NCBI GenBank assembly: GCA_951406725.2
Contig: OX597832.1
Coordinates: 61,690,001 to 61,754,000, forward strand
Length of the DNA stretch: 64,000 nucleotides
Reading direction: 5' to 3'
Source of the DNA: Octopus vulgaris
Lineage: Eukaryota
Part shown: positions 13,038 to 28,094 of the stretch, piece after piece
Numbering within the stretch: the first letter of the stretch is position 1
Layout of the letters: every line of letters starts with the position of its first letter
Position numbers and translations under genes: made by a program
The notes under the pieces: generated by a model
What the model saw: the letters and a program-made list of their open reading frames with translations, nothing else
Told to the model about the DNA's origin: nothing
Database searches by the model: none

Positions 13038-13830
13038 TCGGCGGCGAACAGGCAGTATGATTAGCACGCCGGGCAAAATGCTTAGAACTGTTTTGTCCGT
13101 CTCTACTTCCTGAGTTCAAATTCCTCCAAGCTCGACTTTGCTGTTCATCCTTTTAGGGTCGAGGAAATAAGTACCAGTTAAGTATTGGGATCGATGTAAT
13201 CTACTAGTCCCTTTCCCTAGAATGGATTGTTTGTCATTTTTAAGGTTAGCATTTTTCCTGTTTTTTTTAAAATTCCGAGTTAAAATTCTGCTGAGGTCGA
13301 CTTTACACACCATTCTTTCATTAAATACCAGTTGAGCACTGAGGTCGGTGTACTTGACTTGTGCTCTCCTACGAATTCCAAGCCTTGAGTCTGTATTAGA
13401 AACAATAATTACAATCAGCTCGAATCCCACCGAAGCCAACTTTGATTTCATCCTTTCTGGGTCGAAACAAAAAAGCACCATACAGGTACTCAAGTCGACA
13501 CAAGGGCGATCGGGAAGAATCAGGATAAATGTTTAGCGGCATTTCTTCCATCTCTTTTCGTTCTGAGTTCAAGTTCCACCGGGGTTGCCTTTGTCGTTAA
13601 CCCTTCGGGGTCGATAAAATATGATCAGTTCTACTATAGTCACAAGACCTGAAATTTGGTGGAAGGAAATAGTCGAATAGATTGACCTCAGTACTTAACT
13701 GGTTCTTAATTTATCGACCCCGAAAAGGCGAAGTCGACTTCGGCTGAATTTGAACTCAGAACGTAGTGGCAGACGAAATACCGTAGAACATTTCACCCGG
13801 CGTGCTAATGATTCTGCCATCTCGCCGTTG
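13038..13830. mobile_element. Cluster of 4-5 SINE family A copies (tandem + copies, then one - copy at about 13640-13830)
   Basis: Repeated GAGTTCAAATTCC/GTCGACTTTGC/GGGGTCGATAA motifs, and the reverse-complement GAATTTGAACTCAGAACG at about 13746. Confidence 0.8.
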
Positions 13831-14674
13831 ATAAAAAATAATGCCGATTAAGTAGTAAGGTGGAATGTAATCGACTGACCACCTCCATGAAAATTGCAAG
13901 CCTTGTGTCAAAATTGAAGCTATTATATGCAGTCATTAAAGGTCTGTGAATAACTGATTCGTTATCCGTAGTTCCAGAAACAAATGATTTCTACAATCCG
14001 ATGACGTCAATGATGGCGCAATGATGTGTTCTTGACACGTAGTGTCGATGGGGGAGAGCTTTCTCCGAAGTCTAATTCCGTATGGAAAGCTTTGCCCTTG
14101 CCAGATTGAACACGAACCTGTTAAATATGATTGTATAGACGTTAAGGTCTCGGATTTCTCTGTTAGAAAACAACGGCGAATGTTGCATCTTTGTGAAATA
14201 GCCAGAAAAGGAAATTTATAAGAATATTTGGCAATCGCAAGGAAATATATCTGAGTGTTAGATTTTTGTATTTTTTTTCTGACGTGATGAAATGAAAGGA
14301 GAGACAGGAAATTGCTTATATCATAAAATCTCTGCTTGCGTCGTTAACATTTTGTAATAAAATGGTCGTATTTATCTTCCTTCGTATTTTTAACATTTTT
14401 TTTATCCAATTTATCAAATAAATCTTAAGATATTTACATGATTTCTGAGATTTTTCTGTTGTTTTGTATGTATTTACGTAATGTAATAAAATATATAACT
14501 GGTGTTAAAACTGAATAAATGTATTTAGTTAACAGTCACGATAAACATACATATAAATATGACACAATCGTATTTCTGCTTTAGAATATTTACACATCGT
14601 GTAAGTCATGAGAAGTAATATCTTACTAAAGTGAAAGATGTCTGTGAAAGGTGCGGGAGTAAAATATAACCTTG

Positions 14675-14935
14675 ATTTACATTATTTAGATTATTTACGT
14701 TTGACGGTTATTTATCCTCATTTGTTTGTTGTTAACACAACGTTTCGGCTGATATACCCTCCAGTCTTCATCAGGTGTCTTGGGGAAATTTCGAACCTGG
14801 GTTCTCATTTCTAAGGTATATTTCGATGAAGGCTGGAGGTTAACAACAAACAAGATAAGGACGATTATCCGTCAAATGGAAATACTGTAAATAATGTACA
14901 TAATCCCTCATCTCTTAAATATAGAACTGTATAAA
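14675..14935. mobile_element. Short non-autonomous PLE-like element with inverted arms carrying the hammerhead motif
   Basis: 14825-14900 is a reverse-complement copy of about 14675-14772 with an internal deletion that removes the GAAAC half. Confidence 0.55.
14735..14778 (-). ncRNA. Minimal type I hammerhead ribozyme motif (PLE-type)
   Basis: Minus-strand RNA reads ACAC-CUGAUGA-A-GACUG[GAGGGUAUAU]CAGCC-GAAAC-GUU-GUGU. Stem I ACAC/GUGU is perfect, stem III is the loopless palindrome ACGU, and the cleavage triplet is GUU. Confidence 0.7.
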
Positions 14936-15204
14936 CTTTATTTGTTTTTATTAATAGAAATGTTTCTTGTACATGCGCATCTTCACCAATGTGCAAAAGG
15001 AGATCTGGGTCCCACAAGCAGCCTTCGGCTTTTCCATTCAAAGTGGTTTTTTAATCAAATATTTCATGTGCTTCGAGATCCACAGTTCCAAAATAGAATT
15101 ATCTCACGTTCTCTCGAAAGTTTGTGTTATCTTAAGATGTCCACAACATACAGTTCTCGCTGGTAATAATGAAGTTTTCGAAACAGATGTGGGAATTCCA
15201 AGAA

Positions 15205-15272
15205 TTGCTTTAGTCCAGTGGTAAACGCCCATCATATCTGCGGGAAATATTGGTTCAAATCCCAACGGGGAC
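15205..15272 (+). pseudogene. tRNA-like remnant (tRNA pseudogene or SINE head)
   Basis: A-box TAGTCCAGTGGT and B-box/T-arm TTGGTTCAAATCCCAA followed by CGGGGA. The acceptor and anticodon stems do not pair properly. Confidence 0.35.
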
Positions 15273-15883
15273 TTCGAACTTTTCAATCTTAAGAGGTTCT
15301 TCAACCTATTATTTATATGCTATTATTTATAGTTTCATGTGCTTCCATATTCTCTGTTCCAAAAACAGAAAAAAATTCTCGCTGTCGATAGCTTATAGGT
15401 TCCTATGAGGGTAATTATGGCCAAAATTGGCCAAATGCGTTTTTTTTTCTTCCATATTTAATTTCGCTTGCGATAGCCGGTTCTTTTGGTCAAACTACCG
15501 TATCTCCAGCTGCTTCAGATGCCAAGATATCAAAAATTGTCAAAGTGTGGTACGACGGTTTGGCATTTTTCAAAAGTGTAGTAAATTTTGCATACGACTG
15601 GTTTGCAAAAATATTTCTAACTGAAAATATCATACATACATGGATTTACGATTTTATGCACCCAACAAAGTATTATTGTTAGGATGAAACTGTTGCTAAA
15701 GTAAAAAGAAATCGAATGGTGATACTATTCTTTAGTTTTCTAAAAACAACGATTTGGACTTACGACTCTTTTAATAATAGCAACGCTATGTGTGTGTGTG
15801 TGTATTTGTACAAATGTATTTATAGTTAACATATATATGTATATACATACATATATGCATGATTATATTCATACACACATATG

Positions 15884-15985
<102 letters not shown>

Positions 15986-16504
15986 CTCGCATATGCATTC
16001 ACATACATACACGGACGTACGTATCTCTCTCTATATATATGTATATATATCTTTATCGGTTTTCAGGAAAGCCGAGTTAGATCTCCGCCTCCCCATTATC
16101 TAAGATTCCAATATTAATTACATTGTTTGCTTTGATCCTTATCGTATCTCTTTCTTCCATTTATTTTATAATTATCTTTAAAGAAATATTTTATGGTGGC
16201 CGCAGTACATTATGGTGGCCGCAGTACATTTTAAAGTGTATCTAGCTATGACTTCGTCTCACCGTAGGACATGTATAAGTTTGTATTGTTGGAGGGTTGT
16301 AGCAGTTTGAAAGTTTAGTGATTAAACTGAAGAATATTTCAGTTCAATGGATACTCATTAGTTTTTGAAGAAACAAAACCATGATTCGTAGGAATCTGTA
16401 CGAAATGGCTCTAAGTCAGAAATAGCAAAGAACAGTTTTGAATGTACGTTATAGTGCCTCAATGAAAACGAATGACGAAAGTTTCAAAAGCTAAGCTATC
16501 AGAC

Positions 16505-16900
16505 TGGCGTGGCTGTGTAAGAAGAAGCAAGCTTGCTTCCAGATCACATGGTACCAGATTCAGTCCCATTGCGTGGTACCTTGAGCAAGTGTCTTCTACT
16601 ATAGCCACGGGCCAACAGAAGCATTGTGAGAGGATTTGGTAGATGGAAACTGGAACAAGACCATCGAATATATGTATGTATGTGTGTATTTGTGTGTCTT
16701 TGTTTGTCCCCCACCCATCGCCTGACAACGGATGTTGGTGTGTTTACTTCCCACTAACTTAGCGGTTCGACAAAAGAGACCGATAGAATAAATACTAGGT
16801 TTCCAAAGAATAAGTAATGGGGTCGAATTGTTCGACTAAAGGCGGTGCTCCAGCACGGACAAAGTCAAATAACTGGAACAAGAGAAAGAATAAAAGAATA
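16505..16900 (+). mobile_element. SINE family B, full-length diverged copy
   Basis: GTGGCTGTGTAAGAAG head, CCTTGAGCAAGTGTCTTC domain, internal microsatellite and AAGAATAAAAGAATA tail. Confidence 0.85.
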
Positions 16901-17244
16901 GAATATCTTAGAATCTGAAAATGTAGTCTAAATTCCTATCACTCCGCTTAAGCTTAAACTGAAAGCGAAACCTCCATATTTATATTTAAATACTTTTAGA
17001 GAATATATTATGTTTTATATATTATATATTATTGCACACCTATATTCCGTTCGCTCAGAAATTTGAAAAAAAAAAATTTTTTTAGCAATTATTAATATTG
17101 ATATCCATTTATTCTCTAATCTATTTGTTTCAGTTATTTGACCGCGGCCATGTTGGAGCAACAACTTGAAGGGCTTTAGTCATACAAATTGACCACAGCG
17201 CTTATTTTTTAAGCATAGTAATTATTCTATCCGTTGCCGAACCG

Positions 17245-17302
<58 letters not shown>

Positions 17303-17342
17303 GATGGGCTTCTTTCAGTTTCCCAATTCCATTCACAAGACT

Positions 17343-17932
17343 TTTCCAGGATGGCCGAAAAAATGTCGATACTCACGAACGTTCTGGGAGACAAGCAACT
17401 AGCAGGACTGAAAATAACATCGCAGATGATCGTGCAGCTGTGAGGGGAAATCGTCGAATCACTACCCGTGAGTTATCAGAGAATGTGCAGATTAGTTACG
17501 GTTCAGTTCAGGCCATTATCACTGAAGATTTGTGTGTGAGACTCGTGTCTGCCAAATTTGTGCCAAAATTGCTTTCAGCTGACCAAGAAGACACTCGGGT
17601 TTCAGTTGCACAAGATCTTCTTGATTGTGCTGAGAACGATGAAAACTTTTTGAAAACTTTGCATAGGTTTCTGAGCAGGTATCGCCACGCTCTTGGCAAA
17701 ATTTGATGCAGATTCTCTGTTCAATTTTCTCTTCATTGTCAATCCGACGATCTCACGCTACACAAGTTCCTTGCAAGCACTGTTGTAAAGAACGGAAATG
17801 AGCTAGAACGATAAAATTTAGAGCAATTGCACAGCAAATTTCAAGGTCAATATATGCCAAACGGATTCCCTGTGTATGTCTTAGCTTCGTTATTATAGCA
17901 ACAGTCTGGATACTTATTGATCAGACCACATA
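17343..17932. mobile_element. Rearranged mariner (DD34D-type) transposon remnant
   Basis: + strand reads FQDGRKNVDTHERSGRQATS...NRRITTRELSENVQISYGSVQAIITEDL..VSAKFVPKLLS (HTH and WVPxxL region). The - strand from about 17750 reads IEQRICIKFCQERGDTCSETYAK (N-terminus). A TIR-like end and TA lie at 17931-17932. Confidence 0.85.
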
Positions 17933-18198
17933 TTCAATAAGACCTCGGCGGAATTTGAACTCAGAACGAAACGGCAGACGAAATACCTATTTCTTTATTA
18001 CCCACAAGGGGCTAAACACAGAGGGGACAAACAAGGACAAAATACCGCTAAGCATTTCACCCGGCGTGCTAACGTTTCTGCCAGCTCGCCGCCTTTGATA
18101 CATATATATTGATACATATATATTGCACACACAGACACACATACAAACACATTCACAAATACGCATATATTCATAAATAAATTTACGTATATATGCGG

Positions 18199-18236
<38 letters not shown>

Positions 18237-18554
18237 GTATGAGAAACGAAATTCATTATTTTATATTGGCCAACTCATTCTCTTGCTGCTCTGAGATCCA
18301 TCGTAATTACCTGAGGAACTTGTGCAGGTGTTCAAAAGAGTTAGAAGGGACGAGGGATTAGCAAAGCGTGGACTTGTCGAAAATATAATTCTATTTATCT
18401 CTTTTATGGCGTTCAAACCTATTCTCTCGAATAAGTACATGCTTTTATTTACAACTTTATGTGTTGCGAGATCCACTTGACCAATGTTCCATAAATATAT
18501 TAATTCCCGTTCCCTCTGGAGTTCATAAATTACTATGATGTTAACTACACACGC

Positions 18555-18631
<77 letters not shown>

Positions 18632-18699
18632 CATATCTATATATACACACACATATATATATACATATATATATATACATATAAATATATATGTATATA

Positions 18700-18920
18700 T
18701 ATAGTAAATCACAAAAGATGAAGAGCAAACACAAGAAAAAACAACGCGTGGACATGGTACATGCAATGTATTAGGAGACGCTCAAGGAAGGAAAGAAAGT
18801 TGGTTTAACGTTTCAGGCAAAGCTCTTCTTCAGAATCAGAAGACAGAGGAAAGTTCAGGAGAAAAGGAAGTCGGAAGAAAAAAATTGCCAACCATTCTCA
18901 TGTGGTTACATTTTGAAATG
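18700..18920 (-). mobile_element. Short (TA)n-embedded repeat with decayed hammerhead motif (same family as 37755 and 59956)
   Basis: Minus strand CTGAAGA-A-GAGCTTTGCCT-GAAACGTT with homologous flanks (aacgcgtggacatggtaca / ctcaaggaaggaaagaaag). Confidence 0.6.
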
Positions 18921-19047
18921 TATATCTATATATAAATTATAATTAGGGCCTAGCAAAATTGCTTCACCACATACCAACATTTAGAAATAGTAGTTAAAAA
19001 TTATTCTACTACCATAAGATATCCCCCCAGAAGCATATGTATACACA

Positions 19048-19106
<59 letters not shown>

Positions 19107-19212
19107 CGAATAGTTATAAATCTACTACTAATATAGGATGAAGTTTTTTTACAGAAAAAATTTCATCAAAAAGTGGCAGCATATTAAAATACCTTTAAAG
19201 ACTAAATTTATA

Positions 19213-19550
19213 AAAATTATTTCTATGCCAGTATGCTGATAATAGACTTTTGAATCGTCAATTTCCACATATTATTATATACCCACTACAGAAATACGTT
19301 GTGCTGAAATCGAGGAAAGCTAGCCAACAGAAATTTTTTTTAAAAGTTCGTTATTTCTATATTGAATCAATTTCGGAATAAATCTCATAATTTTTTTCCT
19401 CTTCAATAGAAAATACGAATAGAAATAGATGAAATACTTACATGCGCCCATGGAAAAAAAAGCCGAAGCAAAAGTCATGAGTACATAATAATATGTGGAA
19501 ATTGAGGATTTAAAAGTCTGTTATCAGCATATTGGCATAGAAATAATTTT
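19213..19550. repeat. 70-bp inverted repeat pair with a 198-bp spacer, between (TA)n tracts
   Basis: 19213-19282 versus the reverse complement of 19481-19550 shows about 5 mismatches. Confidence 0.85.
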
Positions 19551-19574
19551 CTTTTGCCCTTGTGTGTATATATA

Positions 19575-19645
<71 letters not shown>

Positions 19646-19769
19646 ATGTGTGTGTGTGTGTGCGTGCATGCGTGTGTGTGTGTATAGATACACACACACG
19701 CATACACACATATAAAAATACATAAACAAATATATATGTATATATATATATATTTATATATATGTATAT

Positions 19770-19909
<140 letters not shown>

Positions 19910-19960
19910 AGCAAATGAAAGACAGAAGATGGAATATACGACAATTTAAATTTATTGTTA

Positions 19961-20066
19961 ATCACGACAATTGTTTCGACACATTGAACATCGATTCCTC
20001 ATGGGTGGGACACTCAACAACTGGTTCTGCAGCATCCGGTTATGCAGATGCCTCTCGTCAGGTGAT
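19961..20066 (-). ncRNA. Type I hammerhead ribozyme motif with a large stem II insertion
   Basis: Minus-strand RNA reads AUCAC-CUGACGA-GAGGCAU[63 nt]AUGUGUC-GAAAC-AAUU-GUC-GUGAU. The catalytic core is complete, stem I is a perfect 5 bp, stem III is the palindrome ACAAUUGU, the site is canonical GUC, and AATAAA follows 4 nt downstream. Confidence 0.75.
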
Positions 20067-20244
20067 AAATAAATACAACTCGTTAAAATTTTATTAATCT
20101 CTTTTATGGCGTTCTGCAACGTAACTTCCCGTTTCGTAGAGAGAAAAGCAGCCAGACGGAGGAATTATCATCATTTATAGAGAAGATCAAAAACAAAATC
20201 ACAGATGGTAAAAAGAGAAGTGAACACGCAATCTAGCGAGAAAA

Positions 20245-20318
<74 letters not shown>

Positions 20319-20881
20319 GCGTGTGTGTGTGTGTGTGTGACTTTCGGGTTTGTCCAACTGCATGGTACCTTCGGCAAGTGTCTTCTCGTGTAGCCTAAGG
20401 TCGACCACAGTCTCGTGAGTGGATTTGGCAGATAGAAACAGGAAGAATGCATTTGTACATAAATATATACGTTTGTATATCTATCCATGTGTTTGTCTTT
20501 GTGTATGTGTTTCTCCTGCGACATCGTTTTGACCTCCTACTTTTGGTATGTTTATATCCCGTATAAACCGGTTCGGCAAAAGGGATCGATAAACGAAGTA
20601 CCAGAATTTTTTTAAAAATAGTTCCTTTGTGCTTCTAAACTATGTGGTAATTGTGTTCGATGAAATACTTCAAAATGATGCACCACCATGGCCTTAGACC
20701 AATGAATATATTGCCATGTGTTAAGCAACTTTCATCTTATCTACATGGTTCCGCTTTCAGTCCCACTACATGGCACCTTGGGCAAGTGTCTTCTACGATA
20801 GGCTCAGGCCGGCCCAATCATTGAGAACGAATTTGGTGGAAAGAAACCGAAAGAAGCCCATCGTATCTCTCTCTCTCTCTC

Positions 20882-20918
<37 letters not shown>

Positions 20919-20962
20919 AGTATGTATATATATGCATGAATATATGCATAATATATATATGC

Positions 20963-21000
<38 letters not shown>

Positions 21001-21109
21001 TATATTATTATACGATTGAACGTCAGGTATCCATTTCCAAGTAAGGCTATAGAAGACACTTGCCCAACGTGGCTGGTACGCAAGTAACTTACCTCATCTC
21101 CTTCACCTG

Positions 21110-21155
<46 letters not shown>

Positions 21156-21445
21156 TGTATGTTTGTATGTATGTATGTACATATATAATATATGCATACA
21201 TTTATGCGTAAGTATGAGCATTAAACACACCTTAGCAAAGGCAGACAAAGAGGCACAAGCACATATATGACTTTATTGGAAGATGTGTGAGAATATATAT
21301 CTGCAGGAAGACACGCATGTGCACACCGACACACACAAACACACAGGCAACACACTCACAAAATTGGATACACCAAATTAGGTTTTTGCATCAGTCTATA
21401 TATCAGTCTGTCCGTAAATGCATATATATATGATATAATTGTTTA

Positions 21446-21548
<103 letters not shown>

Positions 21549-21779
21549 CCAAAATAAGCAACAAGGATATCCAAAGGAAGTGTAGTACAATCGTTTCATG
21601 CTACTTCATTTAATTAAACAATGTAAGTATTACATCAGTTTTAAAATGTAGACCACTGTTCAGTCACATGTGGAATTTTTAAAATTAAAGTGACAATGTT
21701 CAGTCAATTTAATTCAAGGCGGAGTTTAACTCAGCGGAATGTGTGATGAAAACGGCTCAACAACAACAACAGCGATAAG

Positions 21780-22745
<966 letters not shown>

Positions 22746-22929
22746 ATTTGCGCAACAAGGTCACACCTAGAGACTGGTTTAGCAACACAATATATGCGTA
22801 TCTAAATATATAGAGTTAGGAATACCTGTGGAAGTTTTTGTGTATGCAATCAGTTTGCATGTGTACGAGTGAGTGTCTATTAGTATAAAAAATGTATGTA
22901 TCTATATATGTATATACATTCATACAGAC

Positions 22930-22994
<65 letters not shown>

Positions 22995-23003
22995 CATACG
23001 TAT

Positions 23004-23052
<49 letters not shown>

Positions 23053-23630
23053 AAATATGATAAACGTAGTCTTTTTTAAGCCTAGCCAGGCTCATGTGCC
23101 CGGTTTCCCGCTTTCTGTGGTGGCGTATGTGTTCCCCCCAGCGCAGCGTTACTCAGCCACTGGGCCATTGCGCCTCCTCATACATATATATATATATATA
23201 TATATACATGTACATATATATATGTACACACATATATATATATAAATATGTATATATATATGCATATACATGCATACATATATAGATATATATTTATATT
23301 TATATATGTATATAACTATATGTGTGTGTGTCTCTGTGTGTTTGTCTGTGTGTGTGTGTGTGTGTGTCCACCTCCTATAACCGCTTGCCAACTAGTTCTG
23401 GTGAATTGACGTCCCTGTTACTTCCCTGTTCCTCAAAAGAAACTTGATGGAATAATGGAATAAGTACCAGTTTCTAAGACAAAAGAAGTACAGGAGTAAA
23501 AGAAGTACAGGAGTATAAAAGATTATTCTCTAAGACAATGCTTTAGCATGGTCGCAGTCTCATGTCTGAAACGCTTCAAAAAATTATATGTATGTATGTA
23601 TCTCTGTATCTGTCTATATATAAATATATC

Positions 23631-23952
23631 GTGGCACTCCGTCGGTTACGACGACGAGTTTTGCAGTTGCTCCGATCAACGGAACAGCCTGCACGTGAAA
23701 GTAACAGACACGTGTACCGGGGAGATTTAGCGTGACAGATCTGGGCCCTTGGAATAAATGTACAACAGATATACAGGAAGGAAGTTTGAGATAAAGTTAT
23801 TGTGAAAGACTATAGCAGGGTTTTCAACCCACCCCGCCTATCGGAGTCCCGTGGAGCACTAGGCGTTTCGCTCAATAAACACTAAGAACGCCCGGTCTGG
23901 GAGTGGTAACCGTGACATTGTGACGCAAGTCCGCTGGGCCATTGTGCCTCCA
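23631..23952 (-). mobile_element. SINE family C, diverged copy
   Basis: Reverse complement of the 58466-58846 copy (gtggcactccgtcggttacgacgacgag tail, gggccattgtgcctcc head). Confidence 0.8.
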
Positions 23953-23998
23953 CTGTATACGCACACACACACACACACACATACATACACACACACAC

Positions 23999-24031
<33 letters not shown>

Positions 24032-24482
24032 ATGCACATCTGTACGTCTGATATAAGCTTTCTGTGCATGTACTCTCGTGGGTGCGTATACAAATGCACA
24101 CAACACACACACGCACAAAAGCGTGCACACGTGTATATATTCATGCTTACACATACAAATAACATATACATATATATGTATATATTTGAGTGTACTTTCC
24201 CGGTGTACAGCATGTTAGCTGTGTGTGTTTGTATGTGTTTGTGTATCTGTTATTTCATTTATAACCTTAGATATCTATCTATATCTGTATCTATCTCTGT
24301 ATCTATATATATGTATACATACATACATGTATATATATATATAAAAACATATATACATACATACACACATATATAGATATATATTTATATATGTATATAA
24401 CTATGTGTGTGTGTGTGTGTCTCCCCGCATCCTATAACCGCCCCATGGTGGGGGAAGTTTCTTTCTGTGAATTTATCACACC

Positions 24483-24546
<64 letters not shown>

Positions 24547-24780
24547 TTATATAATCCTGTACATCATATATGCATACATATCCATACTAACACACGCACA
24601 CATGCATGCAGACACACATAGCCCCCCCACACACACACACACGCACACACTCACATATGTAGTCATGCCCGGCGCATTTTTAGGGTTGCCTTCGTGTATA
24701 AGTATAATTCTGGAGTCATTTACTTGTAGCATATTTGACAGGCGCTTAGCATGTGTGTCTGCATCTGCGCATGTGAATAC

Positions 24781-24835
<55 letters not shown>

Positions 24836-25075
24836 AGTCTGTGTGCTTGATTGTGCGAGTATGTGTGTGTGTATGTTTGTGTGTTTGTGTATACGCGTGT
24901 GTCTGTATCTGTGTGTGTGCCTTTATAATATTAGAACAATTGTCTCTCATTTGCCCTCCATGTCACAGACCGTAGGCTGCAGTACTTATTTACGCATTTG
25001 CTAACTGCAATGTGCCTGTTATCTCACCGAGCTACCCAGTTGGTATACATACATATACATACATACATACATACT

Positions 25076-25160
<85 letters not shown>

Positions 25161-25377
25161 CTGTGTGTCTCTGTGTGTGTGTGTATAATAAAATACAAAA
25201 TGGGACAAGAACACAAAACATCCAGATAGACGATATGTATATGTATATATATATATATGTATGTATGTATGTACGTATGTATAGATAGATAGATATATAC
25301 ATATAAGTATATATATTTATATATACGTATACATATTTATATATGAACACAGAATCGTCCTAGCACACACAAGTACG

Positions 25378-25412
<35 letters not shown>

Positions 25413-25470
25413 GTTACACAGTTACACATGTATATATATATATTTATATATGTATATAAATATAGACATA

Positions 25471-25518
<48 letters not shown>

Positions 25519-25879
25519 TTTGTGTGCATAGTTGTGGTATTAACGTATGCGTGCATGTGTGAATGTGTGATTGCGTTTGTGAGTTCCACTTTGTATATGC
25601 GTTTTATATATGTGAATAAAGTATTGAAGTTGCTAAATATGATTCACCTATATCAGAAAATAAAAGAAAAAAATATAGACATCAAATTACCGGGGAGTAT
25701 AATATTTATTCACCCGTCAGGCTTGAAAGTGGAGTTTGATACATATACATACATACATACATACATACATACATACATACATACATACATACATACATAC
25801 ATACATACATTCATTCATACATAAATACATACATACATACATATACATATATATATATATATAGATGTATATATATACA

Positions 25880-25931
<52 letters not shown>

Positions 25932-26091
25932 CATACAGGGAGACAGAGAGAGTGACAGACGGATAAATAGATAGATATACATATATATGCATGAGTGTAA
26001 GTGTGTGTGTGTGAGTGTGTGCGTATGAGTCTGCGTGTATGCGTGTGTGTTTGTGTGTGTATATACACACACATGCACATACGTACATATA

Positions 26092-26503
26092 TACTCTCTC
26101 TTTTACTCTTTTATTCTTTTACTTGTTTCAGTCATTTGACTGCGGCCATGCTAGAGCACCGCATTTAATCGAGCAACTCGACCCCGGGACTTATTCTTTG
26201 AAAGCCCAGTACTTATTCTATCTGTCTCTTTTTGCCGAACCGCTAAGTGACGGGGACATAAACACACCAGCATCGGTTGTCAAGCAATGCCAGGGGGACA
26301 AACACAGACACACAAACATACACACACACATATATATATATATACATATATCCGACAGGCTTCTTTCAGTTTCCGTGTACAAAATCCACTCACAAGGCAT
26401 TGATCAGCCCGAGGCTAAAGCAGAAGACACTTGCCCAAGATGCCACGCAGTGGGACTGAACCCGGAACCATGTGGTTGGTAAGCAAGCAACTTACCACAC
26501 AGC
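26092..26503 (-). mobile_element. SINE family B, full length
   Basis: Minus-strand head GGCTGTGTGGTAAG...GGGTTCAGTCCC (A/B boxes), TTGGGCAAGTGTCTTC domain and AAGAGTAAAAGAG tail. Highly similar to 59052-59441. Confidence 0.9.
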
Positions 26504-26811
26504 CTATTTACATACATATAGCCATGTATGTATTTATAATTGTACATATCAATATATGTGAGTGTGTATATATGAAGGTATATATGTATGTCAGTGTATG
26601 TGTGTGTCTGTATCTTGTTCTCTAATCACTTCACGACCGGTCATGGTCCCTTTAATTCCTTGTTAAATGAGAATTCGTCAAAAGATATCGACATACTTAA
26701 GATGAAATTATGTATCTCTCTTACGTTTCTCTCTCCCACTCTCTCTCTATCTCTCTATCTCTCTATCTATCTATTTTCCTATACATACATACAGTTATAA
26801 ATACAGATATA

Positions 26812-26859
<48 letters not shown>

Positions 26860-26875
26860 AACACACACATACGCG

Positions 26876-26909
<34 letters not shown>

Positions 26910-27040
26910 ACATATGTATATATATGTTTCCGTCCACCAAATCCAGTCGAAAGGATTCGGTCGCCCCGACGCTATAGTACAAGACACGTGCCCATGGTGC
27001 CACGCAGTGAGACTGAACCTGGAAAGGATGTGGTTGGGAA

Positions 27041-27079
<39 letters not shown>

Positions 27080-27116
27080 ACATTTGTGTGTGTGTTCATA
27101 TATATATATGTATATA

Positions 27117-27202
<86 letters not shown>

Positions 27203-27231
27203 GATATATATGTAGATATAGATATAGATGT

Positions 27232-27314
<83 letters not shown>

Positions 27315-27722
27315 AATACATATATATGTAACCAGAAATACACGGATACAAATACAGACAGACACACACGCACTCACACACACATATATATACTTATATG
27401 TATATATATGTATATATCTACATATATGTACATATATATATATTTATTATATATATATATACATATATATATATTGATATATATATAGATCTAAATATAT
27501 ACATACATGTATACACACAGACACACTTTTATCTATATGCATATATGTTTAAAAAATATTTCGAATATGTGCATACCTCTGAAATTTATACCTACACAAT
27601 ATCAAATATTGACATACATGGATGGAGACGTGATTGACATTACACATTTCTATTGTTGTTGTTGTTGGTGGTGGTAGTGGTAGCGGTCTTCTTCTTCGTC
27701 TTCTTCTTCTTCTTCTTATAAT

Positions 27723-27771
<49 letters not shown>

Positions 27772-28045
27772 TTAATAATAATAATAATACATTTTATTAT
27801 TATATATTATTATTATTATTATTATTATTCCAATTGTTATATGATTCACACTATTTCAGAATACTGTAAATAAAGTCGTCTACATGTATATAGAGTCATG
27901 TCTGTATATATACGTATACGTATAAATATATATATGCATACAGACGTACACGAACACACACGCATACACATACACACATATACATATATACACGTATATA
28001 TATATATGAATACACTCATATATATCACTATGGGTAGGTTATATA

Positions 28046-28094
<49 letters not shown>

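Noticed and set aside
16191-16230. 19-bp tandem duplication (also a roughly 160-bp duplication at 31120-31420)
   Set aside because: These are ordinary slippage duplications with no spacers, so not CRISPR-like.
21575-21605. Minus-strand GAAAC-GATT-GTA-CTAC resembling a hammerhead 3' half
   Set aside because: No matching CUGANGA and stem I half was found upstream.
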